Positions 11,167 through 18,610 of a stretch of 64,000 nt of DNA are shown in pieces. The notes beneath the pieces are model-generated. The model did not search any database and was not told the DNA's origin. It was given only the letters and a program-made list of their open reading frames with translations. This stretch comes from Gemmatimonadales bacterium. Lineage in GTDB: Bacteria; Gemmatimonadota; Gemmatimonadetes; Gemmatimonadales; GWC2-71-9. The position numbers and the translations under genes were made by a program. Positions within the stretch are counted from its first letter, which is position 1; each line of letters opens with the position of its first letter. The stretch spans positions 238 through 64,237 of the forward strand of contig JBDSMX010000285.1 in the NCBI GenBank assembly GCA_039915645.1, written 5' to 3'.

Positions 11167-12653
11167 GGGGCACGGCTCGCGGGTGGGAGCAGCCAGCGAT
11201 CGGCCGATGATTTGAGCGTGACACTGACGCGTGCGCTGAGACGCCACTGGTTCCAGTCGAAGGCCAGCGCATCGGGGCGGTCGCGCGATTCCCAGTAACG
11301 ATCGGCCGAGACGCCAGCGCGCCACCGGTCGCCAACGTGGTAGTCCAGTGCCGCACCGGCCCAACGGACACCAGCATCCTGGAACCGGAGCTCCAGCGGC
11401 CGCTCGAGCGATCCGCCGTTGAGGGAGAGGTCGACCCGCTCCCGAGCGCGCCAGACGACCCGTCCATCGATGCCACTCGATGACGCCCCGGGCTGCAATT
11501 CGCCGTGGCCGCCGAGCTCGACGGTCCACGCCGGCAGCGGAGTCAGCGTCGCCTCGAGGCCCCAGCGATAGCCGCGATCCTTGAGCGGAACCGCTGGAGT
11601 ATTTGCTTCGGCGTCCTGATACCGGAACCACTCTCCGCGTCCCCGAAGCTGCAGGCGACTGATCGGTGTGACGGCGAGCGTGGCGATGGCGCCATCATAT
11701 GGCACTGCGCTGAAGACACCCCAGACAGTCCAGAGGTCGAAGTAGGGCCGGTAGTGCTTGGCCCCGAGCGTGGCCCACACGCGCTTGCCGCTGTAGCCGA
11801 TGGTCGCATCCGCCGAACCGACTCGTCCCTGGGCAATGTCGTAATCGGCGCCGGTCACGATGCGGACGCGACCCAGCGGCCGGAACTGCGCACTGAATCC
11901 GGCTCGCTCAGCCACGATGTAGTTGGTCATCGGATCGAGTTCGCGACGGTACTCGACTTCGGCATCAAATCGAGGAAGATGAAATCCGCTGGTGACTCCG
12001 ACGACGATCTGGCGACTCTCAGGTTGAAAATCGAGGAGCGGGTTCACGGCGGGCGAGGTGATCGGCAGGATGGTGCCGCGCGCGAGGCCCCAGCCGGCGT
12101 AGGCGCCGAATTCAAGGCGGTCGTTGCTGGTGCGAAAGCTGCCTCTGATGCCATCGAGTCCGCTCGAGCCGCTCGCCGCGAGCCGACCGAGCTGCAGCAA
12201 CCGACCCGCCCGGGCCGTCAATCCACCGCGCAGGTATTCGGCATAGCCCTCGACGAGGCGAAGGGCAGGCGTGGTGCCGGGCCAGAGTCGGTCGCCGCTG
12301 AGGTCGCCCATTGTGCGGCCATTCATTCGAATGCTCAGGCCGGTGATGCCAAGCCCCCACATCGACAGATCAAGACCGACACTCGCGGGGATGCCGCTGC
12401 GAATATCGCCCGGACGATAGAACCGACACCACGCATCGAAGCCGCAGGTCGCGGCGAAACCGTCGCGCGTCACCGGCCCGGCACTGTCGGAGCGGATCAC
12501 ATCACCGGTCAACACGCTGTCCGGTGTCACACCGCGGAACGAGACGCGCTGCGCATTGGCGTCGAAGCGAAGCCGCCAGCCCTGCGCGGCGACGGGCATT
12601 GTGCCGGCAACGACGAACAGCAGGCAGGTGAATGCGGCGCGCGACGCTTTCAC
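11163..12653 (-). CDS. Haem-free secreted protein, putative outer-membrane beta-barrel (porin-like partner of the cytochromes)
   Basis: GTG at 12653 gives the signal peptide 'VKASRAAFTCLLFVVAGTMPVAAQG'. GTGA overlap with the upstream stop (12650-12653). No CxxCH motifs. Long runs of alternating hydrophobic/polar residues rich in G, R, Y and W, for example 'RVWATLGAKHYRPYFDLWTVWGVFSAVPYDGAIATLAVTP'. The barrel assignment is inferred from composition and context. Confidence 0.55.
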   Translation of the reverse strand: MKASRAAFTCLLFVVAGTMPVAAQGWRLRFDANAQRVSFRGVTPDSVLTGDVIRSDSAGPVTRDGFAATCGFDAWCRFYRPGDIRSGIPASVGLDLSMWGLGITGLSIRMNGRTMGDLSGDRLWPGTTPALRLVEGYAEYLRGGLTARAGRLLQLGRLAASGSSGLDGIRGSFRTSNDRLEFGAYAGWGLARGTILPITSPAVNPLLDFQPESRQIVVGVTSGFHLPRFDAEVEYRRELDPMTNYIVAERAGFSAQFRPLGRVRIVTGADYDIAQGRVGSADATIGYSGKRVWATLGAKHYRPYFDLWTVWGVFSAVPYDGAIATLAVTPISRLQLRGRGEWFRYQDAEANTPAVPLKDRGYRWGLEATLTPLPAWTVELGGHGELQPGASSSGIDGRVVWRARERVDLSLNGGSLERPLELRFQDAGVRWAGAALDYHVGDRWRAGVSADRYWESRDRPDALAFDWNQWRLSARVSVTLKSSADRWLLPPASRAP

Positions 12654-14590
12654 CCGGACTTCGCCTGCATCAGGTGCTTGCGATAGTCCGCCGGCGACTC
12701 GAGGAAGTGGCAGCTCGAACACTCGGCCGTGGGCTGGTGGTTCCGCTGCGGCTGGTGGCAGGTCAGGCAGAAGGTGCGCGAGGGCGTCAGTATCGCGATG
12801 CGTGAGGGCGTGTGGCAGGCATCGCAACCGGCGTGCGTGGCACGGGTATGGGCCGTGCGATTCTCGGCGCGACTGTGGCACGAGCTGCAGTCGCGCTGTT
12901 CGGTGTGATGCTGGTCGTGGCAGGCAACACAGGTGCGCACGCTGTCCGGCGGCGCGATGTTCGGCGCCTGATGGCACACTGCGCAGCTGAGTTGCTGATG
13001 GATCTCGTGACGGAACAATACGGTGCGAGTCACCGGCGCGCGGTTGCCAACCTTGACGGCGACGACCGTCGGCTTCGCCGTCGCGAGGCGACTTGTGGCG
13101 TGACAACGGACACAATCGCTCGCCACCACCTTCCCCGCGATGACCGACTGATGATGACAGAGATCGCAGCCGCGGGGCGCCTCGAAGACGAGACCGTTCT
13201 TGGCGCGATTGACGGTGTGGCAGGTGAGGCAGGGAAGCGAAGTGTGGCGGGCGTGCGGAAAGGTGTCCGGAGAGCTGCGGGCGGGGGCTTCTGCCCGAGG
13301 ACCCCCTCCGGGCGGGGGATCCTCCGGCAACGCGTCACCCTTCCCCCGGTGCTCTGGCGCGTCGACCTCGCTCTGGCTGCTCGCGGCCTCCGAAGTGGAG
13401 TGCAGCGGCACGGACACTGGGGTCATCGCAACGCGCCGCTTGAGCACCGCGTTGGTATCGAACGGAAGTGGCGGACGGAACTTCCCGCGGGCCCTCACGG
13501 ACGCATGGCAGCCGACACAGTCGGACGCATCGACCGAGGCTGCGTGCGGGTTGTGACAGGTCAGGCACTCGGTCTTGACCCGCTGGTGATTCTTGCCGTT
13601 GTGGAAGGCGCTACTGGCAAGGTCGGTATGACACTTGGTGCAGCTCGCCTTGGCATCAATCGGCAGTGCGTGGGCATGGACATCGTGGCACGAGCCGCAG
13701 CTCCCCTTGTGGGGATCCTTGGCGAGCAGATAGCCGGCCGGCTTGCCGTCCATCTGATGGCAGCTGCGGCACTGGGCCTGCGAAGGGATGAGAGCCTTGC
13801 GGGCAGAGTCGCGATCGGCCAGCGCCGGCAGGTCGGCGGTGAAGGCGTGGCAGGTCACGCAATTGATCTCGGGAAGCAGCTTCATTCCCGCGAGCTTGAT
13901 CGACTGATTGACGTGGCAACCGCTCTGCTGACAGGTCCGCGCTGATGGCAGGAAGCGATGCACTTCCGCACCGTGACAGGTCACACAGGTGAGCCCCTTC
14001 AGCGCACTGGAGTCCGACTCGAAATGCGCCTTGTGCCCTGCCAGGTTCCTGATGTGCTCCCAGGCCTTCTTGCCCCCCAGCAGCTGATGGCATCCTTCGC
14101 AGCGTGAGTTCGGTACCGGCGCGTGCTTGCCGATGTCGGTCGGGCGGTTGCTCACCCAGAGCACCAGCTGCCGGCTGCTCGCAAAGATGGACTGCTGGTG
14201 GCAATCGTGGCATTTCAAGTCACGGTGTTTGCCCGCCGTCTGCTGGAACTTGCCGAACGGCTTCTCCATCACGTGACAACCGGTACAGAAGCCGTTGTCG
14301 TGCTGCATGTAGTCCCAGCTGGTCTTGCCGGCAAACGCCGCGACCAGCAGGACGACTGCTGCCCCGCCGACGAAGGTGACTTGCAGCGGTCGGCTCCTGG
14401 TACGGACCCACATCGCGATGGCGGCACGATGACGCCATGCCAGCAGCACGACGACGAGTCCGACGATGGCGCCGAGCACGACGCCGCTGATCTGGATCCA
14501 GCGTGGGACCGCAAAGATCATTCGGACGAAACGGGCGACGCCCTCGGGAAGCGGCGGTGGCACCAGCGTATCACGGAGCGCGCCGGCCAT
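12650..14590 (-). CDS. Membrane-anchored multihaem cytochrome c: NapC/NirT-like N-terminal module fused to a long multihaem extension (19 CxxCH + 1 CxxxxCH)
   Basis: Two N-terminal hydrophobic helices ('WIQISGVVLGAIVGLVVVLLAW', 'VTFVGGAAVVLLVAAFAG') are followed by the NapC-like 'WDYMQHDNGFCTGCHVME'. 20 haem motifs including 'CQQSGCH'. The start is uncertain: ATG 14590 (used here) or TTG 14692. The ORF-track start at 14785 would overlap the upstream gene. Confidence 0.8.
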   Translation of the reverse strand: MAGALRDTLVPPPLPEGVARFVRMIFAVPRWIQISGVVLGAIVGLVVVLLAWRHRAAIAMWVRTRSRPLQVTFVGGAAVVLLVAAFAGKTSWDYMQHDNGFCTGCHVMEKPFGKFQQTAGKHRDLKCHDCHQQSIFASSRQLVLWVSNRPTDIGKHAPVPNSRCEGCHQLLGGKKAWEHIRNLAGHKAHFESDSSALKGLTCVTCHGAEVHRFLPSARTCQQSGCHVNQSIKLAGMKLLPEINCVTCHAFTADLPALADRDSARKALIPSQAQCRSCHQMDGKPAGYLLAKDPHKGSCGSCHDVHAHALPIDAKASCTKCHTDLASSAFHNGKNHQRVKTECLTCHNPHAASVDASDCVGCHASVRARGKFRPPLPFDTNAVLKRRVAMTPVSVPLHSTSEAASSQSEVDAPEHRGKGDALPEDPPPGGGPRAEAPARSSPDTFPHARHTSLPCLTCHTVNRAKNGLVFEAPRGCDLCHHQSVIAGKVVASDCVRCHATSRLATAKPTVVAVKVGNRAPVTRTVLFRHEIHQQLSCAVCHQAPNIAPPDSVRTCVACHDQHHTEQRDCSSCHSRAENRTAHTRATHAGCDACHTPSRIAILTPSRTFCLTCHQPQRNHQPTAECSSCHFLESPADYRKHLMQAKSG

Positions 14591-14702
14591 CCCGCCGAGG
14601 GAGTCGTGGATCTGAAACGCCGAACCCCCCGGGACACCAGTCACGGTGTCCCGGGGGTGCTGTAGCGCGAGAATGACGGGAGTGATCGTCAAACCCGCCG
14701 CA

Positions 14703-16253
14703 CTACTTCTGCATCGAGAGCGACTGCTGCATCGCGGCGGGGAAACGGACCTTGCCGTCGCCGATGGCCTTCTGGACTGCCGCATTCACGTTGGCCGGCG
14801 GAGCAGGGAGTGCGTACACAGCGCGGAGTTCGGTGATGTTCGCCGCGAGGAGGGCGCGCGCAAGCACTGGATTGTGCACCCCGAACGAGCCATCGCCGTG
14901 GCCGTTTCGGTTCTCGCCGAAGAGGCTGACGTTGAACAGTGCGCCCTTGGCCGGGGTGATCACCGTGACCGTGGAGAGCTCAGTCGGTCGATCCCGCTTG
15001 ATGATGGCGAGGTACCCGCCATCCACCGGCGCTGCATCGAGCACCTTGTTGCCATTGGTATCGAGCCAGATCTGGTCGGCCATGATCGCGAGGCTCGAGC
15101 GCAGGACCCCGAGAATCGACGCGGCGACGGCGGCCGAACCGTGACAGCCCGACGCGGTGCAGGATTTGAACGTGCGCGCCGTCGTGGTGTAGGCGCAGTC
15201 GGTCAGGCCAGTCGGCTTGCCGGTGCCGTCAACGCACGGGAGCGGCCGGAAGGAGTGGCCAGTCGAATGGAAGACCGTCGCACCACTTGCGGGATCGGTC
15301 ACATCGAACGCGACCACGTGGCAACCAGCACACAGCTTCGGGTTCGCTTCGCTCGAGTGGGTCGACAACACCGCCTGCGTATCCACCGAGACGCCCGCCG
15401 GGCGATATCCGGCGACGCCGAGCAGGACATAGCCTGCAGCACCGTGCGGCGAACTCGACGAGACCGTTGGCGAGCCACGGTTGAGGTGGCACTTCATGCA
15501 GAGGTTCTGGTCAGGATCAGGCGTGTTGATCGGGAACCGAAGCTGGTGCTCATTGGCGGAGCCGTGCGGATTGTGGCAGACCGCGCAGGTGGTGGCGATG
15601 TTGACCGTCGCCGAGTCGCGCTCCGAATAGTTGGTCGAGACGCCCCATGCCTTGAGCGCCGTCCGCCCTTCGTGGCAGTTCTTGCAGTTCGACGTCGTGT
15701 TGGCGAGTGGCGGCGCCTCGAGCTTGGCGTGACCACTGCTGGCCCACTCTTCGGCGAACGGCGTGTGAATCCCGGTGTGACACGCCGCGCAGCTGGCACT
15801 GGCCTTGGTGAGCGAGAGACGCGCGAGTGGCCACGTCGCCTTGTTCTCGGGCAGCTTCACGTGCTCGGTCCCGGGGCCGTGGCAGCTTTCGCACTGGACG
15901 TCCTGATACCCGGGATCGGGAAGCATGTCCCAGCCGACTTTGCCCACCAGGCCGTTGCCGTTTCCAGTCAGCGTGTGACAGGTATAGCAGGTCGCGGTGG
16001 CCTTGCCGCTCGCGACGAGCGTCGAATAGGCCTTGGCGTGATGGGTGGTAGACCAGTCGGCCTGATGACCCGAGTGGCAATTGCCGCAGGTCGTCTGCTT
16101 GGTGCTGGTGGTGTAGTAGCCGAGGAGTCCGCTGGCGACGTCCGGGGCGGGATTGAACGGCGCTCGGTCGCGATAGACGATGTCGGAGGAACTGCATCCG
16201 GCCAGGAAGAGGATCAATCCGAGGACATGACCACGACGTGGTAGAACCGACAT
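14703..16253 (-). CDS. Lipoprotein multihaem cytochrome c (8 CxxCH + 1 CxxxxCH)
   Basis: ATG 16253 gives 'MSVLPRRGHVLGLILFLAGCSS' with lipobox LAGC. Haem motifs: CGNCH, CYTCH, CESCH, CAACH, CKNCH, CAVCH, CMKCH, CAGCH, plus 'CTASGCH'. The C-terminal 'GHGDGSFGVHNP' is reminiscent of the helical region of NrfA/HAO-type multihaem enzymes (weak, from memory). Confidence 0.85.
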   Translation of the reverse strand: MSVLPRRGHVLGLILFLAGCSSSDIVYRDRAPFNPAPDVASGLLGYYTTSTKQTTCGNCHSGHQADWSTTHHAKAYSTLVASGKATATCYTCHTLTGNGNGLVGKVGWDMLPDPGYQDVQCESCHGPGTEHVKLPENKATWPLARLSLTKASASCAACHTGIHTPFAEEWASSGHAKLEAPPLANTTSNCKNCHEGRTALKAWGVSTNYSERDSATVNIATTCAVCHNPHGSANEHQLRFPINTPDPDQNLCMKCHLNRGSPTVSSSSPHGAAGYVLLGVAGYRPAGVSVDTQAVLSTHSSEANPKLCAGCHVVAFDVTDPASGATVFHSTGHSFRPLPCVDGTGKPTGLTDCAYTTTARTFKSCTASGCHGSAAVAASILGVLRSSLAIMADQIWLDTNGNKVLDAAPVDGGYLAIIKRDRPTELSTVTVITPAKGALFNVSLFGENRNGHGDGSFGVHNPVLARALLAANITELRAVYALPAPPANVNAAVQKAIGDGKVRFPAAMQQSLSMQK

Positions 16254-16559
16254 GCAACCTCCGGGAGACGCACAACCCTTGTCCATCGCAGCAGCCGGGA
16301 GAGTCCACTCGCGGCAATGACTCAATAGGACGTGGCTGATGATCGCCCCGGATCGATGAAGACTTGGTGAAGGTTACGTGAAACGTCAGTAGTCACACGG
16401 ACTCAGTATGAAGGTGTCGGGAGAATGCTGATCTGTGGCGTGGAGACGACGGGTACGAACGCAACAATCGTGATCTCTCAAATCGGGCACTCGTTCACAA
16501 GTCTTTGCTATACAACGAGTTGGCACTTTGCTCCTGACCTCGATTGTTGCCCCGGTTCC

Positions 16560-16575
16560 GGGCACGGCAGTTGCC
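16560..16575 (+). promoter_or_regulatory. Candidate sigma-54 (-24/-12) promoter
   Basis: gGGCACGgcagTTGCc matches TGGCACG-N4-TTGC with correct GG/GC spacing (GGCACG 16561-16566, TTGC 16571-16574). It lies about 80 nt upstream of ATG 16654 in a 400-bp intergenic region of lower GC. Confidence 0.45.
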
Positions 16576-16653
16576 TCTTATCACCCTGAAGAGCAGCGGC
16601 CATGATGGATCGGCCGGACCCAGTGCAGCCAACCGACCCCCGGAGAAGTCCTG

Positions 16654-17424
16654 ATGCGCGCGCACCCCAGTTCACTCATCACCTTTGCGGCGCTCGCCCT
16701 GCTTGCGGCTCCGTTGACCGCCCAGTCCTGGACCGCCATCGGATCGCCCAACAACGTGAGCGCCGGCCAGCAGTTCTGGGACAACACCTCGGCTGACGGG
16801 ACCTACTGCAACTCCGGCTATGTGGTCACCGGTGTCGCTGGAACGGCCGGTAAGAGCTGCGCCAATCAGCGCCCTGGCAACTGGCTGCCATACAGCGGCC
16901 CGACCCCCACGACCTATCTGCAGGGCGCTGGTGGTGGCTTCCAGGCCTTCCTCTTCGCGGCCGGCAGCTACTCCTTCTCCCTGTTGAGCGGCAATGCCTC
17001 GAGCGGTGGTGACATCGCCGGCGCCAACACGGACTGGGGTTATTACGACGCGTCGACCAATCTGCGGACCTCGCTCAACGGCGGGTTGCCCGGATCGGCC
17101 ATCACCTTCGGCGGGAACTGGGGATTGTACGTCCTCCTGACCAACGGCAACTACGCCTACTCCGGCCTCGACAATCAGTTCGCCCTCTTTGGCTTCGCCC
17201 CTCCGGGGAATGCCGGCACCAACTGGATTGCTGGTATCGAGGACATCTACACCGGCGCCAACGGCGGCTCGGACAAGGATTACCAGGACATGCTCTTCAA
17301 CATCGCCTACGATCCGCCGGCGAATACCGAAGAAGTCGTCCCCGAGCCGGGCACGATGCTCCTCCTTGGCAGCGGCCTCGCAGGCGTGCTCGCAAAGGCT
17401 CGGCGGCGTCGCCAGCTCGCCTGA
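16654..17424 (+). CDS. Secreted PEP-CTERM sorting-domain protein
   Basis: Signal peptide 'MRAHPSSLITFAALALLAAPLTAQS'. The C-terminal 'VPEPGTMLLLGSGLAGVLAKARRRRQ' has the form PEP motif + TM helix + Arg cluster. Confidence 0.85.
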   Translation: MRAHPSSLITFAALALLAAPLTAQSWTAIGSPNNVSAGQQFWDNTSADGTYCNSGYVVTGVAGTAGKSCANQRPGNWLPYSGPTPTTYLQGAGGGFQAFLFAAGSYSFSLLSGNASSGGDIAGANTDWGYYDASTNLRTSLNGGLPGSAITFGGNWGLYVLLTNGNYAYSGLDNQFALFGFAPPGNAGTNWIAGIEDIYTGANGGSDKDYQDMLFNIAYDPPANTEEVVPEPGTMLLLGSGLAGVLAKARRRRQLA

Positions 17425-17444
17425 TCACGACACGGAGTCAGAAC

Positions 17445-17479
17445 GAGACCGGGGGGCCCTGACAGGGCCCCCCGGTCTC
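17445..17479. terminator. Perfect 15-bp stem hairpin between convergent genes (bidirectional terminator candidate)
   Basis: gagaccggggggccc-tgaca-gggccccccggtctc. It lies between the PEP-CTERM stop (17424) and the yfcH stop (17507). Confidence 0.6.
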
Positions 17480-17506
17480 GCTTTGCACCTCGCAGTGACG
17501 ACCCGC

Positions 17507-18412
17507 TCAGTCCTCGTTCACGATCTCCCGCAACGCCGGCTCAAGCAACGGAAAGCGCCACTGATAGCCGGTGCGCTCGAGTTCGGCCGGGACGACCCGC
17601 TGGCTCGCAAGCAACGTCGCTTCGGCCATCTCCCCAAAGGCAAGCTTGAGGACCGCTGCGGGGAGGGGCACCACCGCCGGCCGATGCAGCACACGACCAA
17701 GGGTCCGACCAAAATCGGCATTGGTCACCTGTTCGGGGGCGACGCCGTTCACCGGCCCGGTGAGGTCGGCCTGAGCCAGTAGATGCCGCATCACTCCGAC
17801 CACGTCGGCTATGGCGATCCAGGCCAGCCATTGCTTGCCATCGCCGACCGGACCGCCAAGTCCGAGCTTGAACGGCGGCAACAGGCGGGCAAGTGCTCCC
17901 CCTTGTGCGGAGAGGACGACGCCGAACCGCGGATGCACCACCCGCACGCCGACGGCTTGTACCGGGTCGGCCGCAGCTTCCCACTCCGCCGCCAGATTGG
18001 CCAGAAAGTCGTTGCCGAGGGTGGCGTGCTCATCGAGGAGTTGATCCCCCCGGTTGCCATAGATTCCGACCGCCGAGACCGAAATGAGTACCCGAGGTGG
18101 TTGAGCGAGTCGGCCAATCGTCTCCGCGAGCAATCGAGTCGGTGTCAGCCGGGAGTCGCGCAACAGTTGCTTGCGGGCCGCTGTCCACCGCCCGCCGCCG
18201 ATGTTCTCTCCCGCGAGATGAATCACGGCATCGATGCCCTCGAGGGCACGAGCGTCGAGCACGCCACGGCCTGGATCCCAGCGGGTCCCCCCCGGCACGG
18301 CGCGCCGCGAGATGGGGAGGATGGTCCGCCCCTCCGCCCGCAGGGTCGCGGTGAGGGCCTGACCGATCATTCCGGAGGCGCCAGTGATCGCAATCGTGTT
18401 CGAGGAGGACAT
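17507..18412 (-). CDS. TIGR01777/YfcH-family NAD-dependent epimerase-like SDR
   Basis: 'MSSSNTIAITGASGMIG' Rossmann motif, with a DUF1731-like C-terminus 'LLASQRVVPAELERTGYQWRFP'. ATG at 18412, with an alternative ATG at 18424. The rest of the 727-aa ORF-track entry is antisense to speA and is rejected. Confidence 0.85.
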   Translation of the reverse strand: MSSSNTIAITGASGMIGQALTATLRAEGRTILPISRRAVPGGTRWDPGRGVLDARALEGIDAVIHLAGENIGGGRWTAARKQLLRDSRLTPTRLLAETIGRLAQPPRVLISVSAVGIYGNRGDQLLDEHATLGNDFLANLAAEWEAAADPVQAVGVRVVHPRFGVVLSAQGGALARLLPPFKLGLGGPVGDGKQWLAWIAIADVVGVMRHLLAQADLTGPVNGVAPEQVTNADFGRTLGRVLHRPAVVPLPAAVLKLAFGEMAEATLLASQRVVPAELERTGYQWRFPLLEPALREIVNED

Positions 18413-18610
18413 AGCGGGTGCCATCTCCAGTGACTGGGCGCACAATTGTCGGGGCGGATCTGCTGTGGACGCAACCGGACCGCACGCCCGCACACGGCGG
18501 CTGCCGCCGACTGCCCCGAGGTTCCCGGTCCGGCGGGTCCGCTGTCCCCACCCCCCGGCGACCGTTAGACTTGTGCCCTCTACATTCCCGGATCCTGCAG
18601 GAGTCGCTTG

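Noticed and set aside
16521-16531. TGGCACTTTGC looked like a sigma-54 -24/-12 element
   Set aside because: The GG and GC dinucleotides are only 6 nt apart instead of about 10. The properly spaced match 40 nt downstream (16560-16575) is the better candidate.
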